A DNA stretch of 64,000 nt from Antedon mediterranea (lineage: Eukaryota; Animalia; Echinodermata). The notes under the pieces were generated by a model, which ran no database searches, was not told the origin of the DNA, and saw only the letters and a program-made list of their open reading frames with translations. This document shows positions 10,722 to 22,800 of the stretch, one piece after another. The stretch lies in the NCBI RefSeq assembly GCF_964355755.1, contig NC_092672.1:32494437-32558436 (forward strand), read 5' to 3'. Within the stretch, counting starts at the first letter, position 1. Every line of letters starts with the position of its first letter. A program made the position numbers and the translations under genes.

Positions 10722-13570
10722 GCCATATGGCGCTACAATCTTTTTGACTTGAGGAAATTACGTGCAAAAGTCCCTGACAAGCAGGCTAAGCGATCAAAGC
10801 ACTTGGCTGGGGCGTGCTAGGCATTCCATTGATTCAACTACAATGATATATTGTTTATGTGATAAAAATAATTTGAATAGAAGCTAATTGGTAATTTAAT
10901 TGTTTAATTCTACAATGAATATTTGACATAAAACATAATGTACACAGTATGATAAAGTTTTCAAATTTACTGCAATATTTTACAACTTTGTTATATGTTT
11001 CTAGTGTTATAATTCTTTCTTTATTTTAATATTGATATAAAATATAAACAATGTATGCTATTAACTTTTAATGTGGCATCGTTATCCCTCGGTAGTATAG
11101 GCCTAGGCCTATATACTAGACTATGTAGGCTGGGTTATAGGGAGGTAATGCTCCTCCTACCCTGGATTATGTACATAACATATATTGTAGTTTAGTTTAT
11201 GATTATATTTTTGTTCTGTACAGTAGACCAGACTATATTTACACAAAATGTTTACCACTGATCTGAAGAAAAAACAATGATTAATTTTAAAATATCGAGC
11301 GGCGTTTTTTGTAAGAAATATTTAATATGTTTACTCTGGTAATTCACGCTCTTTTAGTTAAACAAGGCAGTAGAATAGTAGTCAACTAAACTTGATGTTA
11401 TAAAAGGATTTAGTAATTAAAAAACTAAATATTATTTATTTATCACTTCACAATAAATTTGATAAAAGCAGATGTAGTTACAAAACAAAACAACTATATT
11501 TTTACAATCACATGTTGTTATTTATACTATTATGTGTCACGTTTTTAATTGAATTTAAAATTGATTATAATAATTTTAAATTATTATAAATCTGCAACTT
11601 GACCTTGCTTAGTTAAAGATGTATTGTCCCTTAAAGCACAAAAAATGAAGATCAAAATATTCTAAAATTTAATTGGCCATATCAAAGTAATATTAAAGTT
11701 ATTCACTTTAAGTCGAAAATTTGAGCCAGTTATTAACTATTATGATACTTCTTTTTTTTCGAAATATTTTATTTTTTATTTTCTTGGAATTAATCAAAGG
11801 GACAATACATCTTTAACATTGTTTTGATATAGATATTGTAATGTTAATTTGAATTGTGAGATAATGTCTTTTTATATTGTTCATTGTACATATATTATAT
11901 CTTATACAAAATTTTATTTGGAATGCTGTGCTGTGGATGTATTAAATTTCAATCCATTTAAAAAATTATTTTATATATTAAGATACTAATATTTTAATAT
12001 TACTAATTGGTAATATATTTTGTCTATATTTGTTTGATTTAAAAATTAATAAAATAATGGGAATTTAATTTCTATTTTGACATGAGATCGGAAAACATTG
12101 TTTTTTTTGCGGAGTTTTATGAAATTCTATGATTGATCATAAATCAAAGCCTGAAAGGCATTTTTCACTCAAGCTGAAAAAAAGTGTAATTCATATTTTT
12201 TATTTATTATTATTTTTGCTTAAAAATTGGATAAACCACAATAAGTTTCGGGCATCTACAAATTTAAAATGCAGAAAATTAATTTCTAATCAATTAAGAT
12301 TTAATAGCATATTTTAGGGCATTTTGAGCATTTCAAAATTGTAAAAATGACAACAAAGCGTGGAAAGACCATTTTTGCACTTGCTTTTTGTTCTTCATAT
12401 TGTTCTTGATAATTCATTTTCACAGTGCTCCCTATTTTTTACATTTTCTCCCGGATTACAAAAAAAACTAAATTTCCCCTTGCTACGGCTTGAACACCAT
12501 TGCTATGAGTGTAACATCATTTGGGTATGGACCTGTTTCTGTCGAAAAAGAATGATTTTCTTTGAAAACAGTTTTTAAAACATGCATTACTTTTATTTTT
12601 CTGGTTCGTCAAATGTAGTGTTTGTTATGGAATGGCGTCATTATTACTCACAACAAACACTGGTGACAATTTATGCATTAAAAGATGAGTGTCATAAATG
12701 ATAAACAGTGGGAAGAGAACATTTAAAGGTCCCGGAAGCATCAAAGGTTTTAAAATATGCGCAGTTTTCAGTCAAGTTACTACTACTTTTGGACCTGTCG
12801 TCGGTTCTCAATTGTGTGTACGCGGCTACTCGCATTAACAGCGAAGAAAACTGTAGATATAAAATGCAATCAGTTTTGTAGATTCTACAAAACTGAGAAT
12901 ATTTTACATCTAGATCAGTGTATAATTATTGATAACAAGTTTCAGCATGGGAAACAATTTTGCGACCCATCAATTATTTTTCGCAACTCATAGCTTGCGG
13001 AATGGCGCTATAGACAAAAAAAAAAACAATTACAAAGTGTCGTACGGTATATTGACAAGCATTCAGTGCCTGAATGACAGCTGGATAAAAGCTGTATGAA
13101 ACCTATTTGTACGAGATGATGGACCAGTAACATCTACCGCTACGCACCTCAAATATTTTATGCATGGGATGAGTAGAATCTTGCAATATTGAATGTGTTT
13201 TCTTAATTAACTGATTTTCCAAAAAACTCTGCTCAATTCCAATGATATGCGAAGCATTTAGGCATCAAATACAGGCCTGCAATAGCTAAGGTGGAGTAAA
13301 CTTGTAGACAAAGACGGCAACAATACAAAAAAAATAATAATAATTTGGGAAAATTTATTGCATATCTGCATGTACAAATCCAGGCCTTCCCTTGATGATG
13401 TGCACTTCCTCCTTCGGTATATTATAAAACAAATGTTTAGTCCCTAGATTCCCCACATCCCAATAAAATATTAACTAAATATGAACTTTGATGACTTAAT
13501 TGGTAATTATGTAGAAAAGGGAAAAGAAATGATTTTGTTGTTGTTGAGTTTTTAACTTTGAGTTGGTTAG

Positions 13571-13612
13571 ATGTTGTAGCACCAAAGATCCAACTGCATA
13601 TTGTAAACTAAG
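13571..13612 (+). other. Putative 5'-UTR exon of Ig copy 4
   Basis: Homologous to 1001-1042 and 8829-8868; donor region locally duplicated (AACTAAGGTA twice). Confidence 0.55.
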
Positions 13613-13966
13613 GTAAACTAAGGTACTTTTTACAGAAATTATTTTAATTGTACAGCATTCAACCTTCTACTGTATACATTTTCTAGTACATTTTTAATAG
13701 CAATTAATGTTAACACAACATTTACAAAGTATAGCAAAAAGCTGTACACAACTACCTTATTGCTACACTTTTATAAATTGGAAAAAAAAAATACATTCAC
13801 ACGGACAATTTAGTTTGATTAGCAAACTTGTTCCCTGTTGAACTTTCAATATTTTTGGTCAACTTTTTGTTTTTTTATATCTGTCTTTTATGTGTTAACA
13901 CTTTCATAAACAGTACTGATTTTGAAAGTGGATCAAAGATTATATAGCAAACAAACATACAAAAAC

Positions 13967-14535
13967 TCCTTGCAAAGGAGTCAATATTAAATTAGCATTC
14001 AAATCATTTAAAAGTTAAAACTTTTCTAGTCTTAGGACCCTGTCCCCGATATGTTCTGCTCTCATGTTGTATAAATTTAAATGTATGGGATGTAATTCCA
14101 TGTATATTGGTGAAACCAATAGACGGTTATCAATGCGAGTGTGTAAACATTCCAGGGACAAGGCTTCTCACATTTTTCAACATCTGCAGGGTCAGAACAG
14201 AACGCTAATGTGGAATCCTTCACCGTTCTGGATTCTGCAGATTCCGCTTTCAAACTTAAGGTCAAGGAAGTCCTCCACATTATGTAAACCTTCCTTGAAC
14301 AAACAAATCTATAACTTAGGCGTCATGCTTGCCACAAGATTGTTTGTTGCCTATGTTCCTTGTTGTTTTATCATGCAAATTACTTCCTCATTTACATACA
14401 ACCTGTCCTATTGGTATATAAGTACTCTAGGCGTTGTTTTCTGTTCTGATGATGAGCAGGCAGTCTGCCTATTCATTAAATTCCTCACTATCGTTATTTT
14501 AACTCGAAAGTTTGGTGGAATCATTCATGATTTAT
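13967..14535 (+). mobile_element. 5'-truncated Penelope-like retroelement (GIY-YIG endonuclease remnant plus pseudo-LTR)
   Basis: Translates VVYKFKCMGCNSMYIGETNRRLSMRVCKH...SHIFQHL (GIY-YIG). Flanked by the 11-bp direct repeat CATACAAAAAC (13956-13966, 14536-14546). Absent from the paralogous introns. Confidence 0.85.
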
Positions 14536-14741
14536 CATACAAAAACATAGTATTATTAAAAATTAAAATGTTCCAATAAAAGAGAAAATAAAAATGAAAT
14601 AGCATTTATTATTTTTTTTTTTTATATGTAAATGCATTCATAGTGTTAATAAAAACACTTCTTTCTTTATTTGTCGGTTGGCCTTTTCAATGTATAATAA
14701 TACATCCATTTTCAGACTAATGATCTGAGAACAGAGTAAAA

Positions 14742-15614
14742 ATGAGGAAAGCTAGATGTATATATAGTGTCATATTTATCATTGTACTATTCTGCCAAGA
14801 AAGTGGTGTTGTGAGATTTGTTTATGAACCAATGGACTATTCAACAGCAGAAGGAAGGGAAGTATACATAAATTGTATCTTTACAGATGTCCCAGAAGAC
14901 ATGAAACGTAACTATGACGTTATCTGGACCAATGATGGGTACATCATCAGTCAATCAAGCGATGAATTTGACCTGGAACGTATTACTATTCACAATCGAT
15001 ATGACGATGCAAAACACTTTGTGAAGATTGATCCGGTGGAGAGGGAAGATGCAGGAAGTTACCGTTGTTTTTTAAAATACAATGGCAATATTCTGCTTAC
15101 TTCAGGTATTGGGAAGCTTACTGTGCGTGAAATACCATCACATGAATATCCTATAGTTCGATTTACAAAGTCAGCTTACAAGATTGGAGAAGATGTCCTT
15201 GTGACTTGTGTGTGTGAAAAGACAAACCCTGAACCAAAGTTAGAGTGGGACGCAACATCACAATTTATATTTTCAGAAGATAATTGGCCAGTTCAATCAA
15301 ATAATACACACATCTGGATTGAAGAATCGGAAACAGCAACTATCTTTACAAATGGCTCTCGCTACGTTTGTAGACTGAAAGTACAAGATGAAGTTGCTCC
15401 TAGATATGCTGAAAGCGAACCACTTTATGTCAAACATTCTCATGATACAACAACTCTCGTAAAATCACCAGAAACAAAACCTGTTACCTCCATACCTGAT
15501 TCATTGGCAACAACTACAAAAGTATTGGAGAAAAATGATTCTAACTACATCAAGAACATAAGCCTAATCATTACTACTTTGATGTGCTTAATATTCGGTA
15601 TTATATATATATAA
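14742..15614 (+). CDS. Ig receptor copy 4: intact ectodomain, ends at a shortened hydrophobic C-terminus (tail-less)
   Basis: 290-aa ORF paralogous to 9429-10721; deletion and (AT)n run at 15602-15613 put a stop after IFGIIYI. Confidence 0.8.
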   Translation: MRKARCIYSVIFIIVLFCQESGVVRFVYEPMDYSTAEGREVYINCIFTDVPEDMKRNYDVIWTNDGYIISQSSDEFDLERITIHNRYDDAKHFVKIDPVEREDAGSYRCFLKYNGNILLTSGIGKLTVREIPSHEYPIVRFTKSAYKIGEDVLVTCVCEKTNPEPKLEWDATSQFIFSEDNWPVQSNNTHIWIEESETATIFTNGSRYVCRLKVQDEVAPRYAESEPLYVKHSHDTTTLVKSPETKPVTSIPDSLATTTKVLEKNDSNYIKNISLIITTLMCLIFGIIYI

Positions 15615-15671
15615 AGGACAAAGAGGAAAAAATAATGGCAATTAATAATACCATTCACAAGCAGAACATAC

Positions 15672-15983
15672 TTGGCCCCACTAAATTTGGAAATATACAA
15701 TACAAAAAATGGAATAACAAATAATTTGACAATTTGTAGGCACTGTCCCTTTACTCGAAATCCTGGATCTTCCACTGTTATAACTGACCAGATCATACTT
15801 GGTCCAGGACCTCCCATAGATTTCAAAATAACCAATGGAAAAGATGGGGAAACATTTAAATTCACATTGTATAGGCCTAATTGTCCTTCTACCCAATATC
15901 AAAATCATGGATTATCTGCCACTGTCAATACCACCCCATTATTGAGGCATCGGAATAAATGTCCTTTAGAAGAAATCATATGA
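15672..15983 (+). pseudogene. Disconnected cytoplasmic-tail coding remnant of copy 4
   Basis: Open frame PLNLEIYNTK...IILGPGPPIDF...STQYQNH...KCPLEEII homologous to the copy 3 tail, separated from the ectodomain ORF by deletions and a stop. Confidence 0.8.
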
Positions 15984-16932
15984 GCCTAAGACCAGCATTT
16001 GCGCTATAATCTTTTTGACTGGAGGAAAAGGTTTGCAAAAGTCACTGAGGTTAAGCGAGCTAGGCGTTCCAAGGACTATTCAATTACAATAATATAATAT
16101 ATTTTAGGTTGATTACATTGTTAATGTTGTGATAAAATAATTTTAATAGAATACCTTATTGTGTTATCTTTTAAATTTGTTATTCTACAATGAATATTGA
16201 CCAAAAAAAACATAATATTGTACATACAGTAGTATGATAAACTATTTTAAAATTAACCTCACTATTTAACAACTTTTGTTGTTATTTGTCCCTGCTTGCA
16301 TACGTTTTTACAATGTAAAGATTGTTAAGATTTTATTATGTGTAGTGGTTTTTCTTTTTAAGTGAATTTAAAAATTGTTATAATAATTTGAACTTAAATT
16401 ATAAATCAGCAATTTGACATTAGTAACAGCAATTGTTTTGATAGTAATATCTTTGTATATAAAAATGTTTTATATTGTTCCTTGTAAATTTTATATTAAT
16501 ATATCCAGTAAAGTTTTAATTGAATTTATCTGGCATAACATCTTCTCTTGCAATGTTCTGTAATTTTATTTGGAATGCAATGCTGTGGATGTATTAAATT
16601 TCAATACATTTTAAATGATTTATAAATTACGGTAATGATATTTAGTTTCTAATATATTTAAATCTAGTTTAACAGCATAAATTTGGTTTTCATTGTTAGT
16701 TATCCTCGAAACTCAAAAATCTTGTCCAGCGAGGATTAGTTTACCTTTAATTAAGTTTTATTTTTATTTTCTTATTTTCATGTAATATATGATGAAAACC
16801 ATACCCAATGTGTCAAGTTTTCCGTAAGAAAATAAAGTACATACTAATATTAATAATTGGTAAATTTACTTCTTGTATACTGAATGTCATCATACAACAT
16901 TTGATTTGAAAATGATTAAAACAACGGGAATA

Positions 16933-17024
16933 TAATTGTCCTAGGCCTTGTCCTTTTACCCAATATCAAAATCATGGATTATCTTCCACTGTCAATACCA
17001 CCCCAACGTTGAGGCATCGGAATA
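16933..17024 (+). pseudogene. Isolated fragment of the tail coding sequence in the downstream spacer
   Basis: Near copy of 15878-15954 (TGTCCTT.TACCCAATATCAAAATCATGGATTATCT.CCACTGTCAATACCACCCCA..TTGAGGCATCGGAAT). Confidence 0.85.
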
Positions 17025-18521
17025 TAATTTTAAAATAAATATAAAAAAGGAACATTTTTTTACAAAAATAGTGATTGCAATCTAACTTTAAGTTTATGAA
17101 TCGTAGTTGCGCATTGTGATTTACGCACAATTTTATGAATAAAAAATCAAAATGCATTTTTTACTTAAACATACAAAAAAAAGTTCATATCAAGGGTAAA
17201 TTTTTGAAAAGTGAAAATGGGTGCACCACAATAAGCTACACACATTCAATCAATTATCATGCATGTTTCAGGTCATTTCAAGCATTTCAAAATTGTCAAA
17301 GTGCGCACACTACTCGTACATTGCATGAAAGACCGTTTTTGCCCTTGCTTTTTGTTCTTTATACCGTTCCTGAAGTTTCTTTTCATTTTCACGGCCTAAC
17401 ATCATGCTCCCGGTTTTCTATTTTTTCTCCCAGAAAATGTAATGTGTTGTTTTCTGAATTCAAATAAACAAACAACAAAGGCAAATATTAAAGCCATTGT
17501 GTTACAATCTGCAGTCATGATTTATTGATTTTTTTTTCCAAACGGAAGGGGATTCCTCTCACCTAACCACCAAGATACTGCTTGTCAAACTGTACTCCTA
17601 ACCTCTCCTGGTCTCGATAAATAAATAGATGGCGCTGTTGACCTTAAAAACCACCACCTCCCAATTTCTTAACTTTGTTTTTGCCAGGAAACTCCCATAT
17701 TTTAGACTCGTCTCCCGGACTAATATTGTGCTCCCGTTTTCCATCATTTTCTCCCGGATTACAAAGACAACTGAATGTTTATGTACATGTGCTGTTTTCT
17801 GCATTTAAATATAACAAAAAGACTTCACACAAGCAAATTTATGATATTTATGCCATTGTACGACCATCTGCAGTCCTAATTTTCAAAATGGGGATCCCCT
17901 CACATATCCACCACGCGATACCGTTTGTGACGTCACACACTGTACTCCTTACCTCTCGATAATAGATTGGCCGCTGTAGACCTAAAAAATACCTCCTCCC
18001 GTCTTTTTAACTAGAGGTGTTGGCATGGCACGTATGCTACTGTGTAAATCAGATGTCTATTATTATTCAATTTACATTGTACTGACACGAGTTGACATTA
18101 TTTTTGTGTATCTAAAAATAAGTCTCTTTTTTTTCCACATATTGTTGTTGAGATTTATGGCCTTTCTGTTTCTTAATTGTTTACCCCTTAAGGCCTAACG
18201 TGTAGAATTCATTATTCATCTTCATCAAATATAAATCAACAAAAAAGTAAGACAAAGACAGAAATAACCCTCACGGCAAAGTAGCTTTTTAAGATCATAA
18301 TTTATAGCCGCTGATACTATAAGATTTTAAATGTTTGATTCAAACTATATCTGTCTACATCTATGTGATGAAAAAATTGTGATGTGCCCATGGACACGAT
18401 GATGTCATATCACTACCATACTTCACATCACAAACTAGTTTGATAGTGTAGACAGAGCTTTATATGATATTTTTAAGAGGGTAAAATTGTGGCCGTTTAG
18501 AGTAGGACCTCATTCATCTTA

Positions 18522-18719
18522 AGCGTGGTTCCCACTAACGACGCAACACAAGGACAGAACGCAACGCAAGTTAATTGACCAATCACAAGCGATGGCTTAT
18601 TCGCTTGTGATTGCTAACTGTCTATAACTTCGCTTGTCATTTGTTGAAACACTTGCGTTGCGTTTACGTCCTTGCGTTACGTTTACGTCCTTGCGTTACG
18701 TTCTAGTGGGAACCAAGCT
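18522..18719. mobile_element. Harbinger-like MITE
   Basis: TIRs AGCGTGGTTCCCACTA / TAGTGGGAACCAAGCT with TTA duplication; degenerate relative near 23162-23255. Confidence 0.8.
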
Positions 18720-19625
18720 TTATAGGGAAGTGTCTCTGCCTCCATAATACATGTTTCCACTGAATATGAGTGTCTAATAACTCAGTATTAGACTCTGTTT
18801 ACACTATCAAACTAGTTTGACAAAAAAAGTGTGATATTCCCAAATATGGTAGTAATATGACATCATCTTGTCCACATCAATTTTTTTTGTCACATAAAAG
18901 TTTGATAGTGTAGACAGAGCTTAACATATTGTATCAACTATCAAAGGTTTAATTAATGTTTTGCTTTAAACTAACATACATTTTCCATAATTGTTGTTAT
19001 CCTATTAAATTGAAAAGACTAATTGAAAAGTATATTTAAATACAGCGCATTAAGACAAATGACGCAAGGTACCACATTTATAGTACGACAATTACCAAAT
19101 GTTAGCATAAAAATCAAATAACCATTGATTCATTTATGTAAACAAAGACAGGATTGTTTATATTTCAAAGGAAATGTTGATAATTATCCTAAAATTAGTA
19201 TCTAAAAGAAGAAAATAATAATAACAAAGGATAAGAACTGAAATGTCAAGTAATCAATATTAATTAAACTAAAAGAAAAATGTTTTAATTAGTAAATCTT
19301 AGTAAATCAAGTCTGTTTCTAAATATGTATATAAAGATAATGTAAGTTTATCTTTGTTGGTTGATTTCATATGCTTTAAAGCTCTGTCTACACCATCAAA
19401 CTCAAACAAACTGTGACAAAAATATGTGATGTGCCCATATATGGACATCCATGATGTCATATCACTACCATATTTAAGCATATCACTACCATATTTGGGC
19501 ACATCAATACCATATTAACAGTAACCCTGACAAAATAATAGTTGGGGTTATTAGTTATCAATATTGTTGCAAATGTGTAAAAAAAAGAAAGAAGTAATAA
19601 AAATTTAAAAAGTGTGTGTACTTAC

Positions 19626-19800
19626 TCTGTATCATGCGTCTGACCGGGCTGGACACGCTAATATCTTGTAACAACTGAAGTGTTTCCGTGTGGAATAGTC
19701 TTATTGTGTCGAGATCCTTAAGAGCAATCCAGACACCAACACCAGCAATCACCATGCTTTGTACTGCCGTACCAACATCTTGGTGCACTTCGAAGGAACT
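19626..19800 (-). CDS. ARHGEF10: ARHGEF10 exon (propeller), last exon found in the window
   Basis: SSFEVHQD...[26 protein letters not shown]; tttgcag acceptor, GTAAGT donor, ends in phase 1. Confidence 0.9.
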
Positions 19801-22800
19801 CTGCAAAATAAAATGAAGTAAAAATAAATAAATATAGAATAATAATTGCTAGTGAGAATAACAAAACATTCAACTATCCCAATACTGGAATTTTTTTCAG
19901 AGAACCGAAAACTCTCCCAAAACCGGATTTTCTGAGAACTGAAAACTTACACAAAACTGTACTTTCTGAGAACTGGAAACTCTCCCGAAACCGGACTTTT
20001 CTTGAAGTCAAACTTTCCAGAAAAACAAGACATATTAGTCCAGGCTTAAGGGTGTCTGGTATTGGGAGGGTTGACTGTATTAAGAGTTGAGATTACCTTT
20101 GCTTTACCTTTGACCTTAAGCAAGATGTTTTACACTTATTGCTTTGTCCTTTGGATGGGACGCTAAGCAGTTGGTACCATGTACACAAAAGGTACATATG
20201 CACAAAATAGACACATTTTACATAGTGTAGTTAACATTGATACAGTTATACAATAAAAACAAGTCAATTCAAAAACTAAACTAATAAAAGCATTTTAAAA
20301 AAGCCTATTACTGTAAACAATAAGAAAATGTTTATTATTGAAAAATTTAAAAAGCATAACAAAACAAGGAAAAAGGTTATCATTCCTTTAAAACATAATT
20401 TTTGTTTTCCTATTTAAAATTAAAATTATGGAGGTCAAAGTTCATAACAAATTACCGACACATTGTATAATGTTAAGCTGTATACACTATCAAACTAGTT
20501 TGACAAAAAAAGTTTGATGTGCCCAAATATGGTAGTAATATGCCCAAATATGGTAGTGATATGAAATTATCATGTCCATATATGGGCACATCACTTTTTT
20601 TTGTCACATAAAGTTTGGTAGTGTAAACAGAGCTTTAGAACAATCATAAATCAAATGAATTTACAGGGTTCAGGATGTGCTTAGAAGCAAGAAAAAATCT
20701 TGTTTGAAAAGGTCATGCATTTGATCATTTCAATAAAAATACACATCTGATCATTTATCAAGCTCTTTGATTATCATCGTGGGAAACAAGCGTGTAAAGT
20801 GGTTTTAAAAGTGGGTGATCTGCAACGAAAATAGACATGAGTAACGAGAAATTGATTCCCATCTTAAGAACACAGAAACCAAAGTTTCGACATTGAAGTA
20901 ACTGCATTATAGGTTATCTACTCAGTGAAATTAATTACGGTAGAGAGGTACGGTTTTAAGATCAGGCAGATAGATCAGTTGTTGTAGATTAAGGGATGAA
21001 AACCTTTAAATATAGAGGAATTAGTTTTAAACTACTGTAAGTCATGATATGAGGCTTAGATGAGGTGCTGTTTTGGTAATAAAAAATCTGTATACGGAGT
21101 CCCAGGGCGCCAACCTTATGATGAGGCTTAAGTGAGGTGCTGATTTGGTAATAACAATTCTGTATACTGAGTCACAGGCCATCAACATTATGATGAGGCT
21201 TAAGTGAGGTGCTGTTTTGGTAATAAAACAAAGTCTGTATACTCAGTCCCAGGGCGTCAACCTTATGATGAGGCTTATGTGAGATGCTGTTTTGGTAATA
21301 AAACAGTCTGTATACCGAGTCCCTTATGATGAGGCTGAGGTGAGGTGCTGTTTTGGTAAAAAAAACAAAGGATGCATACGGAGCCCCAGGAATTGAACTT
21401 TATATTATGATGAGGCTTACTGTAGGTGAGGTGCTGTTTTGGTAATAAAACAAAGGATGCATATGGAGCCCAAGGACTTCAACTTTATATTATGATGATG
21501 CTTACTGTAGGTGCTGATTTGGCAATAAAAAGTCTGCTGAATGAATCTTATGATGGTGAGGTGCTGTTTTGGTAATAAAACAAAGTCTGTATACTGAGCC
21601 CTGGAGTGTGAACCTTATGATGAGGCTTAGGTGAGGTGCTGTTTTGGTAATAAAACAAAGTCTGCTGAGCCATCAGGATGTGTAATTATTTTTCATAGGT
21701 AGCTACAGGGAAATTTGGTTGAATTAGGTCAAGGCAAATAATTATATATAGAAGAATGATGAATGGTAAACTTATATAGCGCATTTACTATGAATCGTCT
21801 CTATTTGCTTAAACCACAACCAATATAAAACTTGGAAGCAACAACAGTAGAAATGAAAAAAGCACAAAGAAACTGTGTGAAGTAGTTGGCAAAATATTGC
21901 ATATGATATTTTAGCCCATGTTAAAACAATACAAATGTTTCTTTTTTTTTAAGTGTGAAATTATTAATGAACCGATTTTCTTGAATTTCAATAGGCATGT
22001 TCTGTAAGTAACTATTTACACCAACAAATTCAGAATTATAACTTGGAAATTGTAGATACTATTGTGCTAACAAACAAACAAAGCAAGTATATTTCACCGA
22101 TAAAGTGAAAGGAAATTAAACCAAATTTGTCTCTTTCTTTTTTTAGGGGATTAGTTAAGGGAAGTTATTGACAATATGTAAGTAGGCCAATCCATGTTGT
22201 AACCACATTTCAATCCGGTGAACGATAATCAAATCATATAGTAGTACAATAGAGCGTATACATGACATCCGTAAAGTGTATATTATAACCATTGCATAAG
22301 GTGAATGGCTTTGTGCGGTTTGATATTTCTTGTCCCGACTTCAATTATGATTGCCAGATCTGGAAACAACCCGATTGAATAACGGAACTAGACGGCAATA
22401 GAACAATACATATGTCTTCAATGCTTCCAATGAACAAACTACACAGCAATAAAGCTCTGTCTACACTATCAAATTAGTTTGACAAAAAAAGTGCCCAAAT
22501 AGGTAGTGATATTCCTAAATATTGTAATGATGTGAAATCATCATGTCCATATATGGGGACATCACATTTTTTTTTGTCACATAATGTTTTGATAGTGTAG
22601 ACAAAGCTTAACACAATATGAATTATATAATTCCTATGAAGTAGCCTTGCAGCAGGGAGCTAAGTAATTGGTCAGATGTTTTGCGATACTCTGAAGTAAT
22701 TGACATTAACAATGGTTTTATACTTCATTTGTTCTATTGTTTCTTTATTTGATTGCTGGTGACTGTTATTGAATAAATGTGATTGAACTTGAACAATTTG

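Noticed and set aside
15598-15664. Intron that would reconnect copy 4 to its tail
   Set aside because: The available GT and AG pairs do not restore the tail frame and would shorten the TM further
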